Shown: positions 1 to 9,437, numbered from the stretch's first letter. The stretch is DNA of 64,000 nucleotides from Thermoanaerobaculia bacterium (GCA_041748075.1 JBGTDX010000083.1:16383-80382); one strand, 5' to 3'. Notes: generated from the sequence alone by a model not told the origin. A program made the numbers and translations.

Positions 1-704
1 CGGGAGCGATCATGATCACGCCGCTTCCAGGGCTGGTCGATACCAAACCCGGCTCTGCTACGCTGCCCTTTCCCGGCATACAGGCTGAGATTCTCACGGA
101 TCGAGGAGGCGCGATCGAAGTGGGAGGCGGTTACCTCGCCGTAACCCGGCCATGGCCATCGATGCTTCGCGGCATCTGGAAGGATCCCGAGCGCTTCAAG
201 AGTCAGTACTGGTCGAAATGGCCCGGGATTTACTTCACGGGCGATGGAGCGAAACGGGATGAGGAAGGTTACTACTGGCTCCTGGGACGCGTCGATGACG
301 TGATCAACGTCGCGGGCCACAGGATCGGAACGATGGAGGTCGAATCTGCGCTCGTCGATCATCCTGCGGTGGCTGAAGCAGCAGTCGTCGGTATCGCCCA
401 CGAGCTGAAAGGAACTGCGATCGCCGCCTTCGTCATCGTCAAGGAGTCTGGAGCCTTTGCACCCGAGAACCGCGCCAGATTCGAACAGGAACTCAAGGAA
501 CATGTCGTCCGTAAGATCGGCGCGCTGGCGCGGCCCGAGTCGATCCTGTTCACCGCCGAGCTGCCGAAGACGCGGAGCGGCAAGATCATGCGGCGGCTCC
601 TGCGCGATGTTGCAGAAGGCCGCGCGCTCGGAGACGTGACGACTCTGGCCGACCCAGGCGTGGTCGCCTCGCTCAAGGACAAGTACGAAGAGCAGGAAGG
701 CTAG
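1..704 (+). CDS. acs: acetyl-CoA synthetase (AMP-forming), C-terminal fragment running off the window start
   Basis: Translation has the C-terminal AMP-binding-enzyme region ([30 protein letters not shown]...[14 protein letters not shown]). The ORF is open to base 1. Confidence 0.85.
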   Translation, partial: GAIMITPLPGLVDTKPGSATLPFPGIQAEILTDRGGAIEVGGGYLAVTRPWPSMLRGIWKDPERFKSQYWSKWPGIYFTGDGAKRDEEGYYWLLGRVDDVINVAGHRIGTMEVESALVDHPAVAEAAVVGIAHELKGTAIAAFVIVKESGAFAPENRARFEQELKEHVVRKIGALARPESILFTAELPKTRSGKIMRRLLRDVAEGRALGDVTTLADPGVVASLKDKYEEQEG

Positions 705-1438
705 TGGGACGCACCGTCTTCGTCACAGGAGGAGCTCGAGGCATCGGTCGATCCATCGTCGAGCGGCTGTCAAGGGACGGCTGGAACGTCGCGTTCACCT
801 ATCGAAACTCCAGAGAGGCGGCCAAAGCACTCGAAGCCCGGACGGCCGAGGTTGGGTGCAGAGCTGTCGCGTTCGAGGCGGACGTGAGAGACCGCGAGGC
901 GACCAGGAACGTCATCGATCGCATCACCTCCGAGCGCGGGTCGCTCGACGCTTTGGTGAACAACGCAGGAATCCGTCGCGACGTGCTCGCCTTCAACATG
1001 AGCGACGAAGACTGGCGGGACGTACTCGACACCAATCTCGACGCGGCCTTCACGACCATCCGCACTGTGATTCCCATCATGATGAAACAGCGCAGCGGTG
1101 CCATTGTGAATGTGGCGTCGCTCTCGGCTATTCATGGCGTTCCGGGCCAGGCCAATTACTCGGCCGCAAAGGGTGGCCTGATCGCCATGAGCAGGACTCT
1201 CGCGAGAGAGCTCGCCCGGAGCGGCGTGCGTGTGAACTGCGTGGCGCCCGGGCTGGTCGAGACCGACATGATTCGGGATCTAGATCCCGAAGCGCGTAAA
1301 GAGATGATCCGCGCGATTCCTATGCGAAGGGTGATAAGACCGGAAGAGGTCGCCGCCGCCGTCGCGTTTCTTCTCTCGGACGACGCCAGCGCGATTACGG
1401 GACAGGTGCTGTCCGTGGACGGGGGCGTTTCCGCCTGA
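704..1438 (+). CDS. fabG: SDR-family 3-oxoacyl-ACP reductase (FabG-like); GTG start overlaps the acs stop (TAGTG)
   Basis: TGGARGIGRSI Rossmann motif, NNAG, and a YSAAK catalytic tetrad region; 244 aa. Confidence 0.75.
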   Translation: MGRTVFVTGGARGIGRSIVERLSRDGWNVAFTYRNSREAAKALEARTAEVGCRAVAFEADVRDREATRNVIDRITSERGSLDALVNNAGIRRDVLAFNMSDEDWRDVLDTNLDAAFTTIRTVIPIMMKQRSGAIVNVASLSAIHGVPGQANYSAAKGGLIAMSRTLARELARSGVRVNCVAPGLVETDMIRDLDPEARKEMIRAIPMRRVIRPEEVAAAVAFLLSDDASAITGQVLSVDGGVSA

Positions 1439-1447
1439 AAGGAAGAC

Positions 1448-1554
1448 GAATGTTGAATGTTGAATGTTGAATGTTGAGTGGAGCACGACCGAGGTGGCGG
1501 GAGCGTCGATATCCAGTTCAACATTCAACATTCGACATTCAACAATTCGACATG
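1448..1554. repeat. long hairpin with arms made of tandem 7-mers (GAATGTT x4 on the 5' arm, complementary AACATTC units on the 3' arm) and a GC-rich loop of about 37 nt
   Basis: The sequence reads gaatgttgaatgttgaatgttgaatgttgag ... ttcaacattcaacattcgacattcaacaattc. The stem is roughly 28 bp with few mismatches. It fills the fabG-to-GT2 gap and reaches the GT2 ATG at 1556. Confidence 0.6.
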
Positions 1555-1555
1555 A

Positions 1556-2497
1556 ATGACAACTCGGCCCTACTTTTCCGTCGTCATCCCGACCTATAAC
1601 AGGCTCGAGGTGCTGCTCCGGGTTCTCGACTCTCTCGCGTACCAAATGGACGCTCCACCGTTTGAGGTCATCGTGATCGACGACGGATCGGAGGATGCTA
1701 CAGAGTCGACGATAGTCAAGCGCTCGATCGCGAATGTGGACCCTTACCGGCTCACCTTTGAATCGCAGAAAAACTCGGGCCCCGGAGTGGCAAGGAACCG
1801 CGGCGTCCAGCTCGCTCGCGGAACATTCATCATCTTCATCGGAGACGACACGGTCCCGGAATCCGCCTTCCTTCGCGAGCACGCCCTGACCCACCACGAG
1901 ACCGGCAACGCCAGGCTTGCCGCCTGCCTCGGCTATACCGGCTGGCCGGTGGATGAGCGAGTGACGAGCTTCATGCATTACATCAACAACTATGGCCTGC
2001 AGTTCGGCTATAAGCTCATCGGTGACGGTGAGGTCGTCCCATTCAACTTCTTCTACACCTCGAATATCTCAATCAGCCGGGAACTGCTCCTCGAATTTCC
2101 GTTCGATACCAGCTTTCCATCCGCAGCGTGGGAGGACATCGAGCTCGCCTTCCGGCTCGATGCGTACGGCCTGAAGATTCATTACAACGCGAGCGCCGTG
2201 ACACGGCATTATCATCCGATGACGGTCGACTCATTCGCCCGCAGGCAGTACACGGTGGGCAGATCGGGGGCGATCTTTTACAGGAAGCATCCCGAGCTCG
2301 GCCACTTTTTGGGTGTGCACGAGCTCGCTGAACGCGGCCTTGCCAGCGAACGGCAGATCAGCTGGCTTCGCCGTACCGCGAAGGTCGGGGAGAAATTCTC
2401 GCTGCTCGCCAGACACGACAGCTTCGAGAAACTCATGCGGCAGCACTATCTGCGGGGACTCCGAGATGGTCTGGCTGCGGATGCTGAGGGAAAGTAG
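1556..2497 (+). CDS. glycosyltransferase family 2
   Basis: SVVIPTYNRLEVL...IVIDDGSEDAT GT-A fold signature; 313 aa. Confidence 0.75.
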   Translation: MTTRPYFSVVIPTYNRLEVLLRVLDSLAYQMDAPPFEVIVIDDGSEDATESTIVKRSIANVDPYRLTFESQKNSGPGVARNRGVQLARGTFIIFIGDDTVPESAFLREHALTHHETGNARLAACLGYTGWPVDERVTSFMHYINNYGLQFGYKLIGDGEVVPFNFFYTSNISISRELLLEFPFDTSFPSAAWEDIELAFRLDAYGLKIHYNASAVTRHYHPMTVDSFARRQYTVGRSGAIFYRKHPELGHFLGVHELAERGLASERQISWLRRTAKVGEKFSLLARHDSFEKLMRQHYLRGLRDGLAADAEGK

Positions 2498-2500
2498 AGA

Positions 2501-2580
2501 GTAAACAGTAGCCACCCGACCGCGCACGGTGTGCCCTATTCGAGAGGGTGAGGGGCTACTGTCTACTGTCTACTGTGTCT
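2501..2580. repeat. hairpin with gtaaacagtagcc paired to ggctactgtctac and a tandem TACTGTC x3 on the 3' arm
   Basis: Inverted repeat read directly in the GT2-to-tmk intergenic gap. The loop carries two small GC hairpins. Confidence 0.5.
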
Positions 2581-2615
2581 TGTCTCCTCCAGAACGTCAG
2601 GTAGAATGCGCCGCT

Positions 2616-3293
2616 ATGAGCTCGCGAGGTTTTTTTCTCACCGTTGAAGGCATCGAAGGTTCCGGAAAGACGACGCAGGTACATCTCATCGCACAGGCGC
2701 TCCGAGGGTCGGGACAGCATGTTGTGCTCACCAAGGAGCCCGGCGGCACCCCGCTCGCCGACCGGATCCGGTCCATCCTGCTCGACCCCCACGAGGAAGG
2801 GATGGATCCGACCACCGAGTTGTTTCTCTACGCCGCTTCACGCAGGCAGCACGTCATCGAGGTGATCGCACCATCGCTCGAAGCCGGCGTCCCGGTCCTC
2901 AGCGATCGTTACACCGATGCGACACTCGCTTATCAGGGGTTCGGACGTCTGCTGGACCTGGATCAGTTGCGGACGCTGAACCACTGGTCGACCGACGGAA
3001 TTCAACCGGACGTGACGCTGATCTACGATCTCTCCGAGGAAATCGGGCTCGGACGCGCGAGAGAGCGAAACAGGACTTCGGATCACCTTCAGACCGAGAG
3101 CCGTCTCGAGGGAGAAGACTTTCGCTTTCACCGCCGTGTGCGCGAGGGCTACCTCACCCTCGCCGCTTCCGAGCCCGACCGTTACGTGGTCATCGATGCA
3201 ACCGGAAGCGTCGAGGAGGTCTTCGAACGGACCCTCGCAGAGTTGCGCGCGCGGGCACCGAAGCTCAATTTTTCCGGCGCACCCGACGCATGA
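2616..3293 (+). CDS. tmk: thymidylate kinase (dTMP kinase); start taken at the internal ATG at 2616 within ORF 2529..3293
   Basis: FLTVEGIEGSGKTTQ P-loop and the DRY motif region (LSDRYTDATLAYQG). Confidence 0.85.
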   Translation: MSSRGFFLTVEGIEGSGKTTQVHLIAQALRGSGQHVVLTKEPGGTPLADRIRSILLDPHEEGMDPTTELFLYAASRRQHVIEVIAPSLEAGVPVLSDRYTDATLAYQGFGRLLDLDQLRTLNHWSTDGIQPDVTLIYDLSEEIGLGRARERNRTSDHLQTESRLEGEDFRFHRRVREGYLTLAASEPDRYVVIDATGSVEEVFERTLAELRARAPKLNFSGAPDA

Positions 3294-4189
3294 CCGGAGC
3301 CGCCGCGCTTCTTCTCGAGGCCGCCAGGCGGGAGGAGCTGCACCATTCGCTGATTCTTCACGGCCCCTCTCCGGCCGTACTTCTGGAAACGGCCGTTCGC
3401 GTCGCGAAAGCTCTGACGTGTCTCGAGAGAACTACCGGCGACGACTGCCTTTCCTGCCAGAAGATCGATCGAGGCAATCATCCCGACGTTCATTTGATAC
3501 AGATCTCCGACGACCGGAAGCTGATTTCGGCCGAGCAGGTTCGTGACGTTGTATCGTCCGCGACGCTCAAACCGTACGAAGGACGATGGAAAGTATTCAT
3601 CATCGAGCGCGCCGACGCGACCAGCGTCACCGCTGCCAATGTCCTGCTCAAGACCCTGGAAGAACCGACGGGCCAGACCGCCTTCATGCTCCTGACCCGC
3701 TCGCCTGACCTTCTTCTGCCGACGATTCGATCCCGATCACAATCGATCTACATCGGTCCCCCGGTCATGCCCCGCGCGACTGCCCTCCAGTCGCTGCAGG
3801 CCTCCCGATTCTCACGTGAAGAAACCCTGCACGGTCTGGAACCTGGAAGCTCCGCGGCACTCGCTTCCGGCATCGTCGAAGCGCTCGATGCGTACGCCAG
3901 CGACGGCGACAACGCAGCGCTCCTCGGCATCGCGCCACTGCTGGCGTCTCAGGAAGATGCCGGAACTGCTCTCGCACTTTTTGCTGCCGTCCTTCGGGAC
4001 CTTGCCGCGCTTCCACTGGAAGATCACCTCGATCCCGCGCGGGCACGACGAATCCGGGAGCGGCTCTCAGCCGCCACCCTGCTCTCCGCGGCCGCTCTCG
4101 CTGTTCGATCTCTGAGCCGTCTGGTGGTGAATGCCGACCCGCGAATGCTTGCGGAACAGTCCCTGGCGGAACTGGCGCGAGAGAAGTAG
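3290..4189 (+). CDS. holB: DNA polymerase III delta-prime subunit
   Basis: AAA+ clamp-loader-like N-terminus (HHSLILHGPSP), zinc-module cysteines (CLERTTGDDCLSCQKI), and a 4-bp overlap with tmk (ATGA), which is the classic tmk-holB linkage. Confidence 0.8.
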   Translation: MTGAAALLLEAARREELHHSLILHGPSPAVLLETAVRVAKALTCLERTTGDDCLSCQKIDRGNHPDVHLIQISDDRKLISAEQVRDVVSSATLKPYEGRWKVFIIERADATSVTAANVLLKTLEEPTGQTAFMLLTRSPDLLLPTIRSRSQSIYIGPPVMPRATALQSLQASRFSREETLHGLEPGSSAALASGIVEALDAYASDGDNAALLGIAPLLASQEDAGTALALFAAVLRDLAALPLEDHLDPARARRIRERLSAATLLSAAALAVRSLSRLVVNADPRMLAEQSLAELAREK

Positions 4190-4226
4190 CCGGGGACTCC
4201 GCCCACGTTTGAGCCGGACATTCGAC

Positions 4227-4258
4227 AAAAAAAAAGGCCCCGGATTTCTCCGGGGCCT
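4227..4258 (-). terminator. intrinsic terminator for minus-strand transcripts (ggccccgg-n6-ccggggcc followed by a U9 tract on the minus strand)
   Basis: The plus strand reads aaaaaaaaaggccccggatttctccggggcc; on the minus strand this is a GC hairpin followed by a U tract. Confidence 0.7.
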
Positions 4259-4414
4259 TCAAATCTACTGGATGGGTTTCGGAAACGCTCAGGGACGGGA
4301 TGAACGGGCAGTGTGGGTACTGCGGCATCTTTTTGAAGTGATTTTCATCACGGTTGGCAGGCTGAACGACTGGAAAGAGTCTCCACCTGCCCATCCAGTA
4401 AAGACTGTGTTTTC
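4227..4414 (-). ncRNA. candidate small RNA of about 190 nt (promoter to terminator, no ORF), identity unknown
   Basis: An AT-richer island in a GC-rich genome. A near-consensus sigma70 promoter lies on the minus strand (TTGAGA, 19-nt spacer, perfect TATAAT at plus-strand 4422-4427). A long-range closing stem ACUGGAUGGG/CCCAUCCAGU encloses two internal hairpins, and the transcript ends at the intrinsic terminator at 4227-4258. Confidence 0.4.
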
Positions 4415-4421
4415 CGGGCGC

Positions 4422-4452
4422 ATTATAGACGACTTTGTGAAAAATTTCTCAA
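4422..4452 (-). promoter_or_regulatory. putative sigma70-type promoter (-35 TTGAGA, -10 TATAAT) driving the minus-strand sRNA candidate
   Basis: The minus strand reads cttgagaaatttttcacaaagtcgtctataatg. A perfect TATAAT is rare in this GC-rich context. Confidence 0.4.
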
Positions 4453-4528
4453 GCGTAACAATTTTGTGACCACGAAATCCGGACCCGGGCCGCCTGGCCA
4501 TCAGTAAGTGGATACGCGCGATGGGCCG

Positions 4529-5143
4529 TCAACGTTTCGCAACGAGAAAACTTAGCGGCCTCAACGGTTTGTCGAGATCCACATGACCACCAAGGGTCTC
4601 GGCAACCTGCCCGTTGATCAGCAGGCGGACCTGACGTACCGACGGAAAGTTCGAAATCACGGTCTCGACGATTGAGTAGGCCGCAATGAGCTCCTGGTGG
4701 CTTCCGGCATTCCAGCCTGCAGTCAGGGTCGCTCCCCCCAGATCCACAATCGCATTTCCATCGGGCAGAAGGTACGCAGCACGAACGACCGTATCCGGAG
4801 GGAACGAACGCGGAACCGATGCATTCGCCGATCCCTCGAGCAATTCACGGATGACCATCGCGAGGGCCGCGGCGTCATTTTCCGGCAGCGTAACGCTCCG
4901 GATCTCGGGCACGAGGAGCATCGCCGGCGACTCGTAGAAGAGCTGGATTGTACGGCTCGAAACGCGGTCAGCCTGGGTGGTCGAGGTCGCCGTGGAGTCT
5001 TCAGAGCGACAGGCGGTCAGCACGAGCAGGAAGAGAAAGATTGCCGCCGATCCAGTGGCGAGGACACCCATCCCGAACATTTTTTCCGCCGCTGTGCGAT
5101 GTACTCGCTTGCAGTCGGAAATCGTGATTCGAGTGCCAGCCAA
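4529..5143 (-). CDS. GerMN-domain lipoprotein
   Basis: Signal peptide with a lipobox (LLVLTAC). The GerMN-like region reads LLPDGNAIVDLGG...QVRLLINGQ. The start may be the internal M near 5080. Confidence 0.65.
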   Translation of the reverse strand: MAGTRITISDCKRVHRTAAEKMFGMGVLATGSAAIFLFLLVLTACRSEDSTATSTTQADRVSSRTIQLFYESPAMLLVPEIRSVTLPENDAAALAMVIRELLEGSANASVPRSFPPDTVVRAAYLLPDGNAIVDLGGATLTAGWNAGSHQELIAAYSIVETVISNFPSVRQVRLLINGQVAETLGGHVDLDKPLRPLSFLVAKR

Positions 5144-5146
5144 TGC

Positions 5147-6691
5147 TTACTCTCCCGGGGTGGTGGTTCCGGGGGCGGCGGATGGGGAATCGGCTTCCTG
5201 CCGACCGAGTACCGGAGCGGGCGACGGGCTTGCCACGCCGATCCTGACTTCGTATTCATTCTTGTAACGCTCGACTGCCGAGGTCAGGGCATTCACAATA
5301 GCGTCCTGGAAAGCGGCGTCCTGCATTTTTGCTTCTTCCTGAGGATTGGAAATGAAGCCGAGCTCCACCAGGGCTGCGGGCATGGTTGCACCCACGAGCA
5401 CCTTGAACGGCGCCTGTTTGACTCCCCTGCTCTGAACGCCGGTCGCGCCGTTCATTTCGGTCTGAATGATCTCGGCCAGACGGCTCGACTCCTTGAGGTA
5501 TTCCTGCTGAGCGAGATCCCAGAGAATCAGCCGCAAGTCCGATCCTCCGCTCTGACGCGACGAAGGGGACGAGGCATTCTCCCGCTCGGCGGCCTGACGG
5601 GAAAGATCGTCCGATGCTTCAACCGAAAGGAAGTACGTTTCCGATCCGTGGGCACCCTGGATGAGCGAGGCGTTCAGGTGAATCGACAGAAAGAGATCCG
5701 CCTTGTACTGGTTCGCAATGGCCGTTCTGTCATCGAGCGATACCAGCTCGTCTCCTGTCCGCGTAAGCACCACACGCGTGTTCAGTTTGCGCTCGAGCGA
5801 CGCGGCGAGCTTGCGTGAAATGGTCAGCGTCGCATTCTTCTCCATCAGTCCGCCGGGACCGACGGCTCCCACTTCCTTACCGCCATGACCGGGATCGATC
5901 ACGATGGTCCGAATGCCGGGCGGATCGACCGCGGGTGCAGGAGTCACGAGACCAGGCAGCCTCGGAGCCGATCCGGGACGAAGATCGAGCACGATGCGGA
6001 ACGGTGATTCCAGTTTGTAGGCGTCGGCGGTCACTTCAGTCGCCTTCAAGGCGATGCGGACTGCTCGTTCGGTATAAGAGATCCGCGACACCAGTGGATT
6101 TTCGACACTCTGCTCGGGCGCGCTGCTGCGGATCGGCGATGCGAGCCGGATGAGGAAAAAACCGGGTTCACGCTCGATCGTGTACTCAGTGCTGCCGGAA
6201 AGTTGAATGACGATTTTGGTCATCCCCTGGAGGTCGACCACTGAGGTCTGTGCGGTCAGGACCGCACGCACGGCCGGACGGAACTCGAGAACCCCGGATG
6301 CGGCGTTCCAGGAAGTCTGCATCCCCGAAGCGGCTGCGAGGAAACCCTGGAAGAACTGCCACGGGACAAACACCCGGCCCTCGATGATGACGGGCGGCTC
6401 CGGCATCTCGACCATCTTGTCGCCGATGACCGCGAATCGGCTGTCGGATGCGAAGCTGATCTCCACTCCGTTCAAGCGCGCCCGATACCCTTCCGGATCG
6501 CTCGAGACCGTACCGCCGAGTATCGCCAGGACCTGGTCCACGGGAAACAGAGTCCGCTCGCCCTGCCTGACGATCTGGATCTGACGCTCGCCTGCGGAAG
6601 TGCGCACGCTAGCCTGCTGAGGGCCCTGCGCCCAGACCAGACCAGCCAGAGCAATTCCGAGTGCTGTGAGTAAGGGAATGATTTTCTTCAT
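5147..6691 (-). CDS. N-acetylmuramoyl-L-alanine amidase (AmiC-like: AMIN domain plus Amidase_3)
   Basis: Signal peptide, an AMIN-like N-terminal domain, IVIDPGHGG...LFLSIHLNAS, and a C-terminal ELGFISNPQEE. Confidence 0.8.
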   Translation of the reverse strand: MKKIIPLLTALGIALAGLVWAQGPQQASVRTSAGERQIQIVRQGERTLFPVDQVLAILGGTVSSDPEGYRARLNGVEISFASDSRFAVIGDKMVEMPEPPVIIEGRVFVPWQFFQGFLAAASGMQTSWNAASGVLEFRPAVRAVLTAQTSVVDLQGMTKIVIQLSGSTEYTIEREPGFFLIRLASPIRSSAPEQSVENPLVSRISYTERAVRIALKATEVTADAYKLESPFRIVLDLRPGSAPRLPGLVTPAPAVDPPGIRTIVIDPGHGGKEVGAVGPGGLMEKNATLTISRKLAASLERKLNTRVVLTRTGDELVSLDDRTAIANQYKADLFLSIHLNASLIQGAHGSETYFLSVEASDDLSRQAAERENASSPSSRQSGGSDLRLILWDLAQQEYLKESSRLAEIIQTEMNGATGVQSRGVKQAPFKVLVGATMPAALVELGFISNPQEEAKMQDAAFQDAIVNALTSAVERYKNEYEVRIGVASPSPAPVLGRQEADSPSAAPGTTTPGE

Positions 6692-6963
6692 CGCCGCTCC
6701 TGCCCCTCCCGCCCAAGGCTCGACCTCACAGCCACGTGTGCCGTGTGATCTCCGCTCGAGGACACCATGGCATTATCACCGGAATGGGATTCAGCGGCAA
6801 ATACGCAGCGCTCATTCGCTTCGATTCAAGTGAACCAGCTGTGTCATTCCGAGCGCAACGAAACACCTTTTTCGCCTGGACAATATTTTAGCCGGCCGAT
6901 ACGTTACCCTGCGCGATCCACTCATGGGCAGGACGCTCTGAGGTCTGCCACGGGAGTTGAGTA

Positions 6964-7539
6964 ATGAGAATTGCACTGACAGCAGTCGTAACCACTCTGG
7001 CGTTCACAGTGATCAGTTGTGGACCGAGCGAGGGTCGCCCGGAAGTCAGCAAAACGCCCGCGAGTCTTCGAGGCTGGATCGGCGACATCGAGCTTCCGCC
7101 GAATGAGATGTACCGGCTCATGGAACAGACCACCGGGATCAATCAGCTGAAGCTCCAGATCCTGCAGGACACGAGCCTCTCCGTGGAGGGGCAGATCGCC
7201 ACAGGCGGCCTTGAAGACAACGGAGCTTTCATCATTCTCGACGTGGCACCCGGAAACACTACGATCATCTTCAGTGCGCCGGGACTTCCGGAGAACATGT
7301 TGATGCTCGAAGGCGTTCCGCCGAATGCGGACATCCTGCTGCCCGGGGTCGAGCTTACGCTGGCCGGACCAAAGATCGACGCAACACGCGTCGTCGTGCG
7401 CATTCCGGAGAAAAGGGGCGGACCCACTCCGATTCCACCGCCAGTCCGTGTGATGGGCCAGGAAGTTCCGGTCCGCGCCGTCGGCCTGGGAGAACTGATC
7501 GATCGCCGGGACTACCCGGCGCCGGTGAGGAAACAGTAA
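6964..7539 (+). CDS. hypothetical lipoprotein
   Basis: Signal peptide with a lipobox (VISCG); no recognisable domain. Confidence 0.5.
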   Translation: MRIALTAVVTTLAFTVISCGPSEGRPEVSKTPASLRGWIGDIELPPNEMYRLMEQTTGINQLKLQILQDTSLSVEGQIATGGLEDNGAFIILDVAPGNTTIIFSAPGLPENMLMLEGVPPNADILLPGVELTLAGPKIDATRVVVRIPEKRGGPTPIPPPVRVMGQEVPVRAVGLGELIDRRDYPAPVRKQ

Positions 7540-7600
7540 TTCTGCTCCGCGTTTGCGCGGCGATGAGTCATCTTGGTTCCTATGGCTCAGGACGAACCTC

Positions 7601-8572
7601 TCACGTATCTTCGGCCACGAGCTCCGAAAACGTCGCCAGGTCGATGTTCCCTCCGGACACGACGGCCACGATGGGTCCTTCGCCAGCCTCGCCGCTCATC
7701 GCCGCCGCCACAGCGAGCGCTCCGGCTCCCTCGGCAATCACTCTGACGTTTTCTGCAATCAGCTTCATTGCCTTTCGTATGTCAGGAAGCGACACGACGA
7801 TCGAACCGTCCACCTGCCCCTCGAGACGTTCCCACATCGCCGGAAACATGCTCTTGCCGCCGGCACCGTCGACGAAGGACCGTTGCCATGCCTCGAAAAT
7901 CTGCGGTGAGCCCTGCCTGAGGGACAACGCGAGAGGCGCGGCCGTCTCGGGTTCCGCTCCGAAGATCCGCACTGCCGAGTTCTGCGGGCGGATCGCAGCA
8001 GCAATCCCTGCAATGAGGCCGCCGCCTCCGATCGAAGCGACGACGGCCCGGACCTCGGGAAGGTCCTCGAGGATCTCGAGCCCAACCGTTCCGTTTCCCG
8101 CGATGAAACCGTCGTCGTCGAACGGATGGATGAAGACACCTTCGACGTCGGCGAATCGACGTTCTTCCATCGCCCGCCAGCAAGCATCGAATGGCGCCTT
8201 CACGAGGCGTGCATCGAGCCGCCGCATCCGCTCGACTTTGGTTTCCGGTGCCGTGTCGATGACCACGACGGTGCAGGACACTCCCGCAGCGCGCGCCGCG
8301 TAGGCGACCCCCTGTCCGGCGTTCCCTGCGCTGATCGTCCAGACGCCGCGGGCACGTTGTTCGTCAGTGAGAAGGGCGACCGCGTTGGCGGCTCCCCGCA
8401 GCTTGAATGCGTTGATCGGCTGCAGCGTCTCGAGCTTCAGATAAATCGAGGGCCCGCCACCCGACGGGAAGAGGGGAACCAGGGGCGTACGAACGGCGAC
8501 ATTGCTGATGCGCTCTCGTGCCGCCAGAACCTCATCGAGCGTAATCTGCCTTCCCCGGATTTGCTGGTTCAT
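7601..8572 (-). CDS. PLP-dependent threonine dehydratase / threonine ammonia-lyase (short form)
   Basis: PLP-binding region LKLETLQPINAFKLRGA and a glycine-rich loop. The start is set at the internal ATG (MNQQIRG) because the longer ORF overlaps the neighbouring gene. Confidence 0.8.
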   Translation of the reverse strand: MNQQIRGRQITLDEVLAARERISNVAVRTPLVPLFPSGGGPSIYLKLETLQPINAFKLRGAANAVALLTDEQRARGVWTISAGNAGQGVAYAARAAGVSCTVVVIDTAPETKVERMRRLDARLVKAPFDACWRAMEERRFADVEGVFIHPFDDDGFIAGNGTVGLEILEDLPEVRAVVASIGGGGLIAGIAAAIRPQNSAVRIFGAEPETAAPLALSLRQGSPQIFEAWQRSFVDGAGGKSMFPAMWERLEGQVDGSIVVSLPDIRKAMKLIAENVRVIAEGAGALAVAAAMSGEAGEGPIVAVVSGGNIDLATFSELVAEDT

Positions 8573-8632
8573 CTCGTGATGATAGCCGACACCCCATTGT
8601 TCACTCGCCCGTATGCATCGGCTCGATTCTCC

Positions 8633-9430
8633 ATGGCACGGCTCATGCTGGATTTTCAGTTCATGACAGACATACTCGAATCCATCGAAACGAATCTCAA
8701 CGCACGTCTTCATTCTTCTTCAGCTGACATCAACGTGGGAGGAACGGAACGTCTCGCGTCGGTGATCGGCGGGAGCGCCGTCGCGCTTTATGGGCTCACA
8801 CGGGGCTCGGTCGGAGGGGTTGCCGCCGCATTGCTTGGAGGGCTGCTCGTTTACCGGGGGACCACGGGGCACTGCCCCGCATTCAGCGCGCTCGGCATCA
8901 GCTCGGCTGACGAGGAGACCAGCGAGAACACCAGCATTTCATACGGCCGTGGAATCGGCGTCGAAAAATCGATCATCATCCGCCGCGAACCGTCCGAGAT
9001 CTACCGATTCTGGCGTAATCTCGACAATCTGCCGCGATTCATGGCACACCTCGAATCAGTCGTTGAAACGGATGAGAAGCGTTCGCATTGGGTGGCAACG
9101 GGACCCGCGGGGAAAACCGTCGAATGGGACGCGGAGATCATCAACGAGATACCTGATGAGCTGATCGGCTGGCGCTCTCTCGAAGGCTCCGAGGTCGACA
9201 ACGCGGGATCGGTTCAGTTCCGAACCGCGGCCGGCAATCGCGGAACTGAAGTGCGCGTATCCCTGCGCTATGACCCGCCCGGCGGCGCTCTGGGGGCGGT
9301 CGTGGCAAAACTTTTCGGAGAAGAGCCGGGCCAGCAGGTCGAGGGAGACCTCAGGCGGCTCAAATCGTTGCTCGAAACCGGAGAGGTTCCCACGACCGAA
9401 GGGCAGCCGACCGGCCGCGCCGAGGCGTGA
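8633..9430 (+). CDS. DUF2892 (YgaP-like membrane anchor) plus SRPBCC/cyclase-dehydrase domain protein
   Basis: The N-terminal TM region is Gly/Ala-rich with a CP motif ([15 protein letters not shown]). The C-terminal part has a polyketide-cyclase/SRPBCC-like fold. The start could be the ATG at 8633 or at 8663. Confidence 0.6.
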   Translation: MARLMLDFQFMTDILESIETNLNARLHSSSADINVGGTERLASVIGGSAVALYGLTRGSVGGVAAALLGGLLVYRGTTGHCPAFSALGISSADEETSENTSISYGRGIGVEKSIIIRREPSEIYRFWRNLDNLPRFMAHLESVVETDEKRSHWVATGPAGKTVEWDAEIINEIPDELIGWRSLEGSEVDNAGSVQFRTAAGNRGTEVRVSLRYDPPGGALGAVVAKLFGEEPGQQVEGDLRRLKSLLETGEVPTTEGQPTGRAEA

Positions 9431-9437
9431 GGGCGGA

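Noticed and set aside
4227-4414. Identification of the sRNA candidate as 6S RNA (ssrS) or SRP RNA
   Set aside because: The size fits 6S, but the predicted fold is multi-branched rather than a single rod with a central bubble, and no SRP domain-IV motif is present. Identity is left open.
4697-5818. 373-aa plus-strand ORF and other long Arg-rich ORFs antisense to real genes (for example 7563-8303, 10816-11994, 25468-26235, 27482-28675, 56123-57580)
   Set aside because: Low-complexity Arg/Gly/Pro-rich translations opposite well-supported genes, a classic high-GC artefact.
7601-8713. Long form of the threonine dehydratase ORF with a 47-aa N-terminal extension overlapping the DUF2892-SRPBCC gene
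   Set aside because: The extension is Cys/His-rich with no homology and overlaps the neighbouring gene on the other strand; the internal start at 8572 gives a standard-length enzyme.
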